A stretch of DNA of 62,632 nt, filler included, from Basidioascus undulatus (lineage: Eukaryota): NCBI GenBank assembly GCA_000826855.1. It is 9 parts of 9 records of this genome, joined end to end, with 100 filler letters (N's around TTAATTAATTAA, not from the genome) between each part and the next. Parts side by side here need not be neighbours in the genome. Positions count along the whole stretch, not along the records: positions 7,001 to 13,896 come from JTLS01001661.1; positions 13,997 to 20,888 come from JTLS01001662.1; positions 20,989 to 27,873 come from JTLS01001663.1; 6 more parts are not named here. One strand, 5' to 3'. Every line of letters begins with the position of its first letter. Position 1 is the first letter of the stretch. The position numbers and the translations under genes were made by a program. Below are positions 12,021 through 24,921 of this stretch, one piece after another. Under the pieces are notes generated by a model. It was not told the DNA's origin, ran no database searches, and saw only the letters and a program-made list of their open reading frames with translations.

Positions 12021-13512
12021 ATGCACACCTTCGGTCCACATTTTGCCCTCCTCGGAATGGTAGCGACCTGGCTCTAGCGGCTCCTACCGTTCTGGCAAGT
12101 AAGAGGTCCGAATCGTGGGGTGGACGGTTTCTTCACTCTCTCCGATGGTGAACTCGACGGCGGACTTTACTGCAAAGATGTGGCCGTCGAAAGCGGTGCG
12201 TTTCTTGACCCTTCTCCCCCTCCTTCAAGACAAATGCGTTCTTGGTCTGAAACTATGCCCGATTTAGTTCAGGATCCTGTCCTTCTCCTTCCTGGTACTG
12301 CAACCACCGGGGCACAGAGTTGGGAGAGGGTACTGGATCTTCTGCCGTCGCTGGGATACGAGGTCAGTCCAGCTCTGAGAGTGAGCGCGAACATTGATGC
12401 GACATGTGCTCATCGCCCTATGTTTCCCAACCGTGCATGAACCCGCCGAACTCCATGCTACATGATGTTCAAGAAACCGCCGAGTACGTAGCACGAGCGA
12501 TCTCGAGGCTGCAGTCCGCATCGGGCAAGCCGGTGAAGGTGACCGGCTGGAGCCAAGGTGCGCATACCCCACTCTACCTAGACGAACGACAACTCAAAGT
12601 ATCTCGTTACTCCATCCTTCTAGGAGCGCTGGCTAAGCAGTGGGCCATTACCTGCAAGCCAGCGCTGCGTCCATGGGTCGACGGCTTCGTCTCGTTCGCG
12701 GGGTCCTTCCGCGGCACCGTCGAAGTTCTCGGAAAACTGGGACTGGCGGGGGATATGGTCGTCGGCGCTGCCCCTTCGATCATCCAGCAGAATACCGACT
12801 CTCGCTTTATTGCCGCCCTCGAGAAGGCCGGGGGCTTCACCGCGCTTGTGTCGACCACGACTTCGAGCTCCCGTTTCGACGACATCGTCCAGGTGCGCCA
12901 CCGGAGTAGGATGAAAAATAATAATAATATGTATTCTGATGAAACTTTGTGGCTCCCTCAGCCGAACCCGAATTCGATGCTAGATGGCGCAACGAACCTC
13001 GTTGTCCAGGATTACTGCCCCCTGAAGGTACTGTCGCATTTTGGCGAGGTGCGTTCTTCTTCATAAGAGAGCTTGAACACATTTCGTGTTGGTGAGTTAA
13101 CCACGAGTTTGGGCACAACTGTATGATGCCATGCTCCGTTCCAACACCCGTCTAGCAGTTCCACGCTTCGCCTTTCCGAAGAGCGTTTACCTCGAGCTTC
13201 GCGTCCCAGTCTGCCACGGTCGTACCATTCTCGACATGGAGCTATACGCCGATATGGACCCAATTCGAGCCGTTGGACGACGAGGATCCGAGGACGTACT
13301 ACTGCGAATTCGATGAAAGCACTCGCAGTGCCATCCTCGCCGACCTGGAGACGACTGCCGCCGATCCGTCGCTCGGTGCCACGACCGAGACCCTGAGCAT
13401 GTTCGGTAGGTGCACATTTTATGATGATACGGCGGAGCTGGCTCCAGTGAGTGATACCATTATACCTGACAGTACGAAACGCACTTCATTGAAACAGAAA
13501 CCGCAGGAATAG
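12021..13512 (+). pseudogene. Secreted lipase B (CalB-like alpha/beta hydrolase), apparently disrupted
   Basis: DPVLLLPGTATTGAQSW, MLHDVQETAEYVARAI, nucleophile elbow TGWSQG, SFRGTV and VVQDYCP..LSH. The signal-peptide region has a stop/frameshift (TAG at about 12075), and one acceptor reads AA instead of AG near 12430. Confidence 0.7.
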
Positions 13513-13896
13513 GAGCTGCACGGTCGTCTCCTCGAGGCGGTCAAGTCTACACCCAACCTCCACGCGTTCCACCTGGATGGCTTTTCGGGCTTTCCGCTGT
13601 ACACAGACTTCCTCTCCGCACTCTCCTCCCGCTCCCGCCCCCTTCTGGAAAATCTCCGCACCTCTCCCGACCCATCTCCCTCGCCATCGAGCACCTCAAC
13701 CTTCCTGCGCTGAAGGAGCTCGTTCTCCACTTCGTCCCTTGAGGCGAACCCCAATCGTCGATGTCAGGCGAGCGATGAGCGGCTTTGGCGCGGCTGTGGG
13801 GGACATACCTAGTCCGCGAGGGGCGCGTCTCGAGCGACTGCGCATGTCGCTCGAGGCCGAGCCCCGGACGGGTCGCTACGACAGCGATCCAGCGGC

Positions 13897-13996
13897 NNNN
13901 NNNNNNNNNNNNNNNNNNNNNNNNNNNNNNNNNNNNNNNNTTAATTAATTAANNNNNNNNNNNNNNNNNNNNNNNNNNNNNNNNNNNNNNNNNNNN
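13897..13996. other. Artificial contig spacer
   Basis: N44-TTAATTAATTAA-N44. Confidence 0.98.
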
Positions 13997-14827
13997 GCGA
14001 GGGGGTGTTGAGGCCAGTGTCGGAAGGCGTGGTCGGCGCCGAGGAGGACATGGCGTCGCCAAGGATCGGGGGGGGCGGAGGGGGGGGGGTGAACTGATGA
14101 GGAGGGGATGGGATGGGGATAGTCTTGGATCTGGAGGGTTGCTACAAGACCGGGTACGCGGTACTTGGGGCTACGGCTATCAGCACCGTGGGGCTGCTGG
14201 CGCTCTCTGGGTAATCGATTGGTATGATAAGGAGGGATATAAGATGTAAAGACATAGCGAGCCCTGTCTGCAAGCAAATGGGATAGGTATTCTGAAAGCC
14301 CTGGCTGCAGGTCATGAGTGCGAATTGGGAGTGTTCCCTCTGGGTTGCCTGACTCACTACAGAACGACCATTTCTCAAGGAACAAGCCGACATGTTCAAG
14401 GCAGGAAGCCCTAGGCTTGAACTCGGAGAACGCGTGCGGGTAAAAGACCGCGAGTACGAGTGCGTGTGCTGGCCGCGGTACGAGCATACAGAGAGGAGAT
14501 ACATTGCCACTATCTGTCGTTATGAAATTTACGCTGGCCACGGTCCATCGTTAAGGGTGACTGCGCGACGAAGCTCGGAAAACAAATGCTTGGCCTATGT
14601 GCGCAAGGGCTGGTCCGGTGAAGCTGATCACCGTATTGTATACTTTTTTGAAAGATTGATTGTTGGAAGACCTCAGAAGCAAAACGACCCGCGGACTGTC
14701 AAGCACACGCGGCGAACACTCATCTCAAACGCCGTTTTGCTGATCCTGCCCATTCAACCCCATCACCCGACCTGACCTCCCGCCCACCCCCCACAATTTT
14801 CGCTCAGTCTTTTCCAAAGTCCACGGA

Positions 14828-15966
14828 ATGCCCATCATTGTCCTTCCCCCCGAGATCTGGTCCTATATTCTCGAGCTCGCGATCGGCGGACGGAGCAAAT
14901 ATGGACTAGCCGTCCAGAATCCTATGACCCTTGGGCGAGCATCGCGCTGGTCTGTCGCTGCTGGAACGTGAGTCGGGATGGCGTATATTCTGGGAGACGC
15001 GGCGAAGCTCATACCTGTTTGCCACTTTCTGAGGTGCATCGCTAGCGCTCTATCACTCTCCGCGGCTAAGAATCGATCGAGTCCTTGGGCCAGCTCCTTG
15101 TCTGCCTCGACTTGAAGATGCGTCAACCACTGCGGAATACGAAAGAGCTCGTCGTGCATGGGTCCGCAGAGTCTCTTCTGGACTGGGAATATCTCGATGG
15201 AGCTGGGCTGCCCCACGTGCTTACGTTCACCCGCCAAATCCAAACGGCCCTGCTAACCGAGATCGCAGGGCCTTCCACTCTTCATGCGCTCGCAATGCAC
15301 AACGCCTGCACGCTTACGCTCCTCGATGTTGCACTGGATTCGAAAGTGCCCGAAGTACTGAGCTTTCTCGGTCTCTTCGAAGAGTTTCGTAAACTCCGGA
15401 TGGGGCTCTTTGACATGGAACATGCTCCGAAGCCATCATTTGCCACTGTTCTACCTTTCGATCTTCCTAAACCCAATGAACTGTCTGTGCGTAAGGATCA
15501 AGTTGACGACCTTGATTTCGGGTAATTTCTCGCCCAATGCGGCTTCCCAGCCTTGGAGGCAGCGTCTTTCGACGACAACTCCGCAGGTTTCGCTCGGCTC
15601 GTCTTGCAATCCCATGGCTCCTGACTCCAGAAACTTCATAGCATGCTGCCCGACCTCATCTCGCTTCTGTCCAAGCCTACAAAACATCACGTTCACAACT
15701 CAAGTACGAACGTGGTCGGTCCGCTGGTCAGGGCACTCCCCCTGCTGATCACCACGATCACTCTTCACGCCATGGGTCAGCCGATCGATATGGCGGTTAG
15801 AGAGCTATCCAGTAACGGAAACCACCTGCACTCACTGAAGCGAATAATTTTTAGTGCCTTGTCTTTGGGAAAAACGGACGAGTTGCGAACCGAAGTGGTC
15901 CAGCTGGCTGGGAAGGGGATAGAGGTCATGGTGGAGGACTGGTTTAGCGGCTTGAAGACTTCGTAA
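14828..15966 (+). pseudogene. Degenerate F-box/LRR-like gene
   Basis: Starts MPIIVLPPEIWSYILELA (F-box-like). Leu-rich fragments follow in shifting frames, ending LKRIIFSAL..LAGKGIEVMVE. Confidence 0.45.
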
Positions 15967-17239
15967 ACCAAATTAGGCCCTGTTGCACCTGCGATTACTT
16001 ATCTGCATCCCTGATATGGACAAGGGTCTGCATGACTGATGGAGTTTGTCCCTCCAGGCGTGAGGCATTGGAAGCCGGACTTAGCAGCTCAATTGCTGGG
16101 GCGTTTACCCCTTCTCTCAATCAACATTTGTCCATTATAATCAGAAATACACTATATAGGTGTTGTAATCCGACTGAAGAGTAGCTGTGCTGTGGAAGGG
16201 GCCTGAAGCTGTGCTTCCCGAGCGCTACAACTTCAGACTCTCTTGCACACCCATCGCGGGCCTTACCATAACAAGTGAAGCATCGATGCCTGCTATCCCT
16301 ATAAAATATGAGAACCTCATCTAGAAGTGCGTAGTGCTTTCTATGCACGTAATGACCGTGCTTCACCGGTACAGCCAAACCCAAAAACACAGGCGGGGCT
16401 CTCAGTGTCCTGCCTGGTAAATAGATCTCAGGCACGAGGAGGCAAGGCCGGGCGCTTCGGAGGGTGTAACGAACCTGCGACGGAACGAGACGGCCCGTCA
16501 TTGACGCCGTAGGCTGCAAACGAATTTGCGACGAGCGGCGCTGCATTCTCCTCTTGCCACCATCACCTTCCCCCATATTCCACTGACAACCTGCCTCGCT
16601 ATGATATCCGGGCAGCTCGAGATGACCGCTTTCAAACACCTACTGCTCAATGACGATCTCCAGGAGCAGGACGAGAATATGGAAGAGTCTGAGCCGACTC
16701 CGGGTGCGCGAAGCTAGCGTCTGTTCTGCGCGGTCTGCTATTTGCCCGATTGCGTACCCCGCTTGGCCTGTGGCTCAATCGAGGCAGCAGCTGTAGAGGA
16801 ACTAAAACTATACCGAGAGAACCTTTCACGCCCTTAGGCACATCAGGGCGCTTGCGAAAGCGAGAGATAACGAGTCGTGCGATTGGCTCGGCCGCTTCGA
16901 AGCGCTCACGATCGTCTTCCTGTCCAACTCCCCCACGCCTAGCATAGAGCACGCCCGATCCGCTCAGCACAGTCTCCTCTATCCTCTCTGGTTTTCGCAG
17001 TACGACCTTAGGGACAAGCTCCTCTACAAGGACGACATCGATGTGGGACTACACATCGTCCGCTGCTGGCAGCGCGTGAACGCCGTCCACTTCAAACGCC
17101 CCTAAACCAGCGTTCTCTGCGGAACAACAAGCCCTTCTGTGTGTCTCCGGTTCAGGGAATCTGCATTGACCTGCTCGAGAATGCGATGTAAGCCTGCATC
17201 GGGCCTCAGAATTCAGCGACTTTGTAGCTGATAGTCTCC

Positions 17240-18108
17240 TTGCGCTTGTCGATGTGCTGGAAGTCAACCACCGGACCGCTGCAATTCAGCTGCCGCCCTG
17301 CTGAAAACCTAGTAGCCAGGGTTGCGATTCTCGAAAAGAAAAGAGCGATGCTCATAAAAATCGGCGACCTCGAGCCTGTATTGAAGCTGCAAGGCTGCAC
17401 AAAGTTCGTCGTACCACTACTGCCGCACAGCAGGCGTTCAAGCTTGAGGGGATCTGAGATCTCCACATTCTAACAAAGGGGAATCCGGACCTGCCGCGCG
17501 CCAGCGGCGGCCTTGCTCCCCTCAAGTAAGTCCCTATTTCGAACTTACTCGACGGAGAGCTTGTAGTTGCTTATTGTTCGAAGGACTGTAAGCGTCGCCA
17601 CTGGACGCAGCACCAGAGCGCCTGCGGTCGAAATGCCGCGACCCTCGCATCGCCCGAGGCTATGACTCTCGGAGGCCATCTCAAGGCATGGATCAAGGAG
17701 AGCAAACCCAAGCTCTACCTCGCGGCGATCGGCGGTCTACGCTTGGACATCGATCCCTGCAACGGCAGGCGTCAAGCTTTGTGGATGTCGCTGAAGCTGG
17801 TCGGGTACGACACGCCGCGCCCGCGGCTCGAGGTGGACTTCCTCAAAATTATGGCACTGGATGAGGCGAAGTCCGACCTCAAGGCGAGGAACGCGGGCCC
17901 GTCTCTCGACTTTGAGCGATACGTGCAAAAGGGTGAGCGAGACTCGAGGCTTTTCCCAGAGCGTAGCCGCATTGCAGTGTTGACGCAAGGTGTGGGGATC
18001 CATATTAAGACCGGATGGACGGGTTTCCGGAAACAGCTCTGCTAGTCCTCGACACTAGAGCGGTGCTCGGGGCGGTGCCCTACACCGTGCCCGATCGGGA
18101 CATCCTTG
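17240..18108 (+). pseudogene. MYND zinc-finger protein, probably degenerate
   Basis: VAYCSKDCKRRHWTQHQSAC at about 17566-17625 is the second half of zf-MYND. The first CxxC pairs are not recognisable. The downstream ORF 17662-18045 is in frame. Confidence 0.5.
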
Positions 18109-18630
18109 AGTCGTTACCTCGTCTTCCGGGGGATCGGCTGGAAGCCCTCAAGTTCTTGTTTAACATCTTGTAATATACCTATTGTGCAGCTCTACAGCTC
18201 GATATTTTGTGCACCGGTACCGCTCGACGTCCGTGCCGTCGTCTTTCTGGGGTCTTCAGTCTTTCGCGGACCAAATATCAGTTCCATAACTTGGCATTTT
18301 GCCCTGTCCAACAATTTTGTAATAGCCACCTGCACAATCAGGTCCAATGCTGTGCGCTATTGATATCAAGCCTCCGGCAATCGCACACCAGTCGAGAATG
18401 CTTGGTTCAGTAGCATTCACGGATCGAAATGATTGAATGAGACAATAAAGCGCGGGGTATGAGAGGTCAGTATCCGCTACGATGAGTAAAGGTGAAATGC
18501 TCGCGGCAAAGCAGGAGGTATGTCAAATGCAGCAAGGGAAACGAAAGTGTGAAAAGGACATAAAAGGGTATGAAACACGAAGAAAGAAGGATTGGAAGAT
18601 CATGACGGAAACGAAAAAAAAAGAAGAAAA

Positions 18631-20888
18631 CTACTTAGACAATGTGTGCTCGATGAAAATATGCTCAACGTCTTTCCATTGCCTGTCCTTCTCACCCTTC
18701 ACGTGCGCTGCGCCGACGGCGGCGCGCTCCTCCCAGTACTCGACCTTGCCTTCCGCGGCGCGGCTCGGCTCCCACACGCGCTCGCCCGTGTCCTTGTCGA
18801 CCTCTGCCGTGAACCAGCGCGGCTTGTGCGGCGCGAGCTCGCCCGCCTCGCGCCTCCGCCGCGTCGCGCGCTGCTTCTCTTCTTGCTGCTGCTTGAGCAC
18901 GTTGCTGTTGGACGTCCGTTAGACACGGTACTATGAATGCTTGAAGGAGGGAAGTACAGAGCGACGTACGCGAGCTCGTACTGTCCCATCTCGAATGCGC
19001 GCTGGTCGGGTCGCAGCCGGCAGTCGGTCGGCGGCAGCCAGGGCTCAAGCGGTGCGCGCTCGCTCGGGGTGTACTCGGCGTTCGGGTTGCCGGGGAGGTC
19101 GTTGAGGGTAATGGCGAACGGCGAGAGGTTGAAGGCTGGTCCCGTGCCCACCCATCCGAGTTCAGCGAGACGGGTTTCCCTCTTTGATTCAAAATGAGAA
19201 ACGCACGAGCAGCCGGCTTCTCTGAGTTCCGCCAGAGCAGGAGGTACTCCTTCGGCACGCTGGGGCTGGTCAGCCCGGAGCCGGGGAGGGCCTCGTCCGG
19301 GTGGAGCTCCGTGCCATCGCCGTGTCCGCTCCTACGGGCGACGAGCTGGCCGATCCAGCGCCCGGCGATCTGCCACGTCTCGTTCCCTGCGGCGTCCTTG
19401 ACCCAACCCTTGATCTCCTGGCCCTTGCCGCGCCACGGCCGGGGCTTGAACGTCAGCAGGCATGTCTCGCCTGAGCGGTGGTTCGTCACGAGCTGGAGGG
19501 ACGAGGACGTCAGGATGAAAAGACGCGTTACGAAAGGAATACGGAAACATGCACCATATCGCCGTAGTGGTCGATCGTAGGCGAGCCGGTGATGAACCCG
19601 CTGACGGCGGTAGTGACCTTTACGCCACGCCCCTCCGTTCATCAGCCACCGATAGCTTCTCACCCATGTCCAACACGCAACACACCTTCCGCCAAGAGTA
19701 GTGCTCGACCACGAGTTCCTCGCTCCCGCCCTTGGTGGCATACGCTGGCGCGGGCGGGTACTTGACGCCGGGTTTGGCCCACGACGCGGGGAGGATGAGG
19801 TCGGCGTGGGCGATGCCCGTCGGTCGGATCTCGAACGACTTGCCCATGAACTGTTTAATGGATCGCATCACCAGTATCAGCACCGCATGCTCAAGCCCAC
19901 GCCCGACCGGGAAAGGTCACCTTATTTTTGGCGTCTACCTCGCCGCGGTAGATCCAGCGCTCGCTGTCCGCCCAGCAAGCGCTCATAGGCTGCGCGCCAC
20001 CACATCCATGGATCAACCCCACGCTTCTCCGATTGTCAGAATGGACGAAGGTGCACTCACCGGGTGATGGCTAACCTGCTCCGAGAAGTACCGGTACTTC
20101 TTGTCGATCCGGCAGTACTCGAATGTCTCGCCCTGCGGTACAAAAGCTCCGCCGGTCAGATTCCGCTGCTACTTTTGGAAGAGAAAGATGGGGTGGGCAC
20201 AAGCATGGGGTTGAATGGCTTCGCGATGCGGCCCATCGTCGAGCTGTAGTTGCTCGCTGCGAACGCGGCGACGTACGCGATTCGCTTGCACGGGTCTTCC
20301 TGCACGACGGCGGCGTCCACTGCATCCCCTCCTCTCAGTCAATTCCCAGTATCCCAGCGGACCTTCAACCAATACGAAACACGCACGGCACTCCGAGAAC
20401 TCCATGTCCTCCGCCTAGCCATCCCACCCATCATTAGCACATTCCCACTTTGGGGAAAAGAGGAGAAGAGGGGGTGAACGCACCATCCGCTGCAGCATGC
20501 TCGTCGGCTCGTTGAAGCTGACAGGGAAGCTGATCTTCGTCAGGTCCTTGCCGATGTTGCTCTTGAGGATGCTCCACAAGCTCAAGCTCGGGCGCTGGTC
20601 GTTGTCGATGGGCAGCCTGTTCCGCGGCGCGCGGTACGGCTCGTACGGCGTCAAGTCCTTAATGACGAAGTGCTCCTCCTTCTCCTCCGCGGGCTTGCCT
20701 TTCGCCCCCGCCGCCTCGTGGTCCAGCGGCGCCTCGACGTGTACAGGCAGGGAGCCCTCCTCGATCGCATCGAAGAAGTCATCCGCATCTGACTCGTCCG
20801 AGTCGTCGTCCGACTCGACCGCGACTGCGGCAGCGGCGGGCCTCGAAAGACGAGGGCGAGCGGGACAGCTCTATTACTGGGGAGAAGG
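18631..20888 (-). CDS. Oxysterol-binding protein (Osh1/Osh2-like), 5' part beyond contig end
   Basis: [49 protein letters not shown] (OSBP signature), [16 protein letters not shown] and KPRWF. Confidence 0.93.
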
Positions 20889-20988
20889 NNNNNNNNNNNN
20901 NNNNNNNNNNNNNNNNNNNNNNNNNNNNNNNNTTAATTAATTAANNNNNNNNNNNNNNNNNNNNNNNNNNNNNNNNNNNNNNNNNNNN
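20889..20988. other. Artificial contig spacer
   Basis: N44-TTAATTAATTAA-N44. Confidence 0.98.
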
Positions 20989-22043
20989 CCTTGCCCTTCT
21001 CGGGGACGGGCGGGGCGGGCGTGTCGACGACCTCGACGGACGAGTCGACATCGGAGGGAGAGGACGCGCACGGGGAGAGCGGCGGCGAGAGCGGGTACCG
21101 GTTCTTGGTACTGCCCGGCGCGGAGAGCGAGGGGCTGTTGTTGTTGTTGTTGTTGGTAGAAGGGTTCGCGATGCGGGAGAGGGTATTAAGGAAGGAGCGG
21201 CGCCGGGACTGGGTGCTCCCGGGTGCGGATAGCGTAGTGGTTGAAAGGGGCGTGAGTGTCGGGAGAGGGTGATCGGGGAGCGCTTCGCGAAGCTGGGTCG
21301 GCGGCGAGGTCAGGGAGATTGCTTGTGCCAGGGGGTTGCACAAGGGGAGAAGGAGCGTACTGATGCATCGAGAGTTTGGATGGCAGATGCCGCGCGGGTA
21401 AGGGTCAGGTTGTGCGTCGGGGCTCAGGGAAGTGTGGAAGGGAGTGAGCTTGGGATTCCCATGCGGGGCTGTAAGGCGAAGGGGCAACATACTCTTGCAG
21501 TAGATGGTGTAGATGGTCTGGCGTACGTCCAGCACGCCCCATCAGCATCTACTGAACCACCCTGCACACCCCACAGAACAAAAGAACACACACCTTGCCC
21601 CTCTTAGACGGCCCATCCGCAACGCTGACGCTCCAGACGCCCTCGCCGCTCTCGAGCGTCTCGACGGGCCTGAGCGTGGCGTCGGCGCTGTCCGCCCCGG
21701 CGCCGGCGCCCACGGCGCTGCCGTTGCTGGCGCTGAGCGCGGCGGAGAAGATGGATGAGTCCATGACGCCGCGGCCGCGCTTTCCGTTCTTCTTTGCCGT
21801 GTTTGTCGTCATGCTCGAGAGGCCGGCGGAGACTGTGCCGAACTTGCGGCGGATGGAGGACTGCCGGGACGAAGAGGGGGGAGCGACGGAGGAGGGATCA
21901 AAGTCGGGTGTATTGGAGGGTGTGGTGGAGGATGGGGAGGAGGAGGAGGTGATGGTCGCCTGCTGAGGCGGGGCGGTGGGGGGCGGGGGAGCGAGGGTGG
22001 ATGCGGTGGACGTGGATAGCGGCGGCGCAAGAGTCGGCGCCAT
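20989..22043 (-). CDS. Hypothetical protein, N-terminal part (Ser/Pro-rich, possible PX-like segment), truncated by contig end
   Basis: Coding-like exons MAPTLAPP.., GVWSVSVADG, IYTIYCK, PTHNLTLTR and LREALPDHPLPTL, with GT-AG introns. Confidence 0.5.
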
Positions 22044-24921
22044 CGCTGCCGTTTCGTAGTGCCCGTCTGCTGCTGCCTGCGGCAATCGTGCGCTTGTTGT
22101 ACGTGGCGGCGCTAGCTATGGCCTACTGATACCGCGGCGTGACAGACGGCGGGGACCCCGCTGAGAGGAAGCCTGAAGATCAAAGGGGGGGGACCGTGTC
22201 CGGGCGATTCAAGGTTGAGCGCGTGTGCTTCGGTGTGCTCTGGCCCAGTGCCCGCTATACAAATCCACTTACAAAAAGTAGGGTAAAGTGTAGGCCGCGT
22301 ATCGTACAGCCAGAGCACGGCGAGCGAAGAGTCTAGACGTCGGTCGGCGTGGGCGCGGTGTGCACGAGCCGCCCCGGTGTCTTCTTGGATCGACACGACA
22401 CCTGCAGGCGCCGATGGTGTGTATACCCCGTTTCAGCGCACTCCAATCCTCAGTTCGCTCGCGCTGAAGAATACCGGTGCTGTACGCGAGGCTGCGGCGC
22501 GGTGAGAGAGATGCAAGGGCAGAGGAGGAGTAAAAGGAGAGAACGTGAAAAGTATACGCGACGGACCGCGTCCTGCCGGAAACACTTCAAAGAGCAAAGC
22601 TTGACAGACAGGAGAGTCGTTTTGACAGAGGGACTACCCTTTTACATAAGCAGCAGAGCTTCAAATTTGTACCCTTCCAGGCTCGATGTTCCTGTCCTTT
22701 TTCTGAATAAGCTTCACAACGGGACTGCAGGGATCAGCGACCCGACGCCGGAACGCAGAGCCTTGAAGAGGGCAGGACCACAATTGACCACAATGAGGAC
22801 CGGGATGAACGACAAGATCGACGCACGCGGACACACGCATTCGAAAACACGATGCACGCTCCATGCGTTGCCCGGCACGGGACAGCTTTGCAAAGTTTCC
22901 ACTTCAGCCGTGTGCAGCCAGGTCTGGATATCATGGGGCCTTGAGGGACGTGTTCCTGCCAAGATAGCACACCGGCAGTCTCATGTTGTCTCGATCACTG
23001 AACTTGAAGCTCTCGACATCCTATCTGGCAGCCTGCAGTAGACACAGCTACTCTGGAAGCGCAAAGAATCCAATAAAAAATGTGGTCGAGTAAGGAGATG
23101 TCATTATTGGTCAGTCCGCCGAAAGGGAGTGCCTGAAACTGTAAGAGGACAATATCCAACCTGCAGCCTTTCTCACCCCGTCGTTGCTTGCTTTCATGGA
23201 AAACTTTTTTGTTCTCGAAGAAGCCTCATGGACAATCTACCAGTCAGAGCTCCACATGACCCACATGCCGTCTGTTTGAGGTGCATCGCTTGCTCCCTTC
23301 ACCCCTTCCCTCTCTGCCCTTCCACTAGCGACTACCATGACTCCACTTTCCCCTCCCGATTTGCTATCCAGAGTTACACTTACCAGCGGATATGAAGGCT
23401 GTGGAGCATCGGAAGATGCAGAGACAGTCCGACTCGGGAACAGTACGCATATCGAGACTTTTAGCGAAGAAAGAAAAGGCGGGAGGGTCGGGAGAAGTTG
23501 ACTTGATGATCTCCCTGGACTTGGTACTTATAAGCTTTGGAAAGCCTTGGGTTCATTTCAAGATTTAGCTGGCGGTAACGGTCTCCTGGAGCAATGAGGC
23601 CCGGCCTGACGCGAGACCTATTTCGCTTTCTCTTTCAGGACCAAAACTCTTTGTAAACTTACTTCCTTGTCATTTTTGCTCAGTAGCGGCTTTCAACATG
23701 CCGTACTTTACTCGTTCTCTGTTCAGGTCATCACAAGTGCCTGATCAGTTCTTCTGCTATGAAAGAAGTGTTGCTCCCACTCCATGAAAACCTCTGGAAT
23801 GTACCGAACAGATGAGAATCCTGATCTTGAGCGTAGAACACTTAAGTCTCAAGGCATCAAGAGCACGAAACTTATTTCTTCCACCACACCCCGCGGAGTC
23901 GCTGATTACCGAGAGATAATGAAGTTCATTCACTTGGCCCGCATCTTCGCCGCCTCAGTACCCAAGACTCCATCTCGTGAGTGAGAATGTCCAATCACGT
24001 CGAGTACGTCTGTTGACGCTATTCCAGCTCTACGCATGCCGCGAGTACGTTGGGCGATACCCGAGCTCGGCATCTCTCAGGCGAGGAAAGTCGGTTCGGT
24101 GTCGTCGAGGGTGCCTCAGTACGTATCTTCATCTCTTTGCTGACTTCGGAAAAGCATACTCACTCCATATGATTTCTTAGTTCTTCGGCGGAGTCGTGTT
24201 GGGATATGCTTGGTTGGAGAACGAGTATGGTCCACAGTGAAGGTCAGACTTGTAGTCCCGACTCGCAGCTGTTGTCGCTGACAGGAAGAGTACTCCAGGT
24301 CGTCGACGAAGATTAGGCTTTCTTGCACTTGTTACTTCATGTTGTAATTTATAAATGCGTTACCTAATCCGCACTTTCGTGTGTGGTCTATCATGGAAGT
24401 GTGTCACCTAGTTGAAAGACCGTATGACCCCAGAGAGTAGAACCTCAGAGACCAATGTCCGACCAGCTTCCAGGTCAGTAAGGTATAAAGGTATTTTGAC
24501 AGTGTTCTTTCATTAAAGATTCTCCTTTGACCATGTCGTGTCTTCCAGGGTTGTAGGACGCGTCAAATTCGGGTCAGGCGAGTGGCTCCCGGGAAGTGCA
24601 CCCTTGCATTTGCTGCAGACCTTGATCGTCCCCACAGTCGATCCAGCTTCAATCACAATCTCATCGTGGGCTGACCTAAAGAAAGTGGACTTGAAGAACG
24701 TGGACTGTTTCGAGCAGGAACCGCTGCGAAGCAAGCTTCGCGAACGAACCGGCCCGGCGCATGAGGATCGTCCCGTGGCTTCCCGCTACCATCACCATCG
24801 TCTTCTCTTCCGCCGTCGCTCTCTTTAAAAGCTTGCGCCTCAGTAGTACAACAAGAGCCCTCCTTGCTCTCCACCAACGGACCAAAATATATTTAGACTC
24901 TTAACACCCACGCCTCTCGCC

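Noticed and set aside
18631..22043. OSBP C-terminus and the N-terminal gene fragment across the gap as a single gene
   Set aside because: They are separated by an artificial spacer between unrelated contigs.
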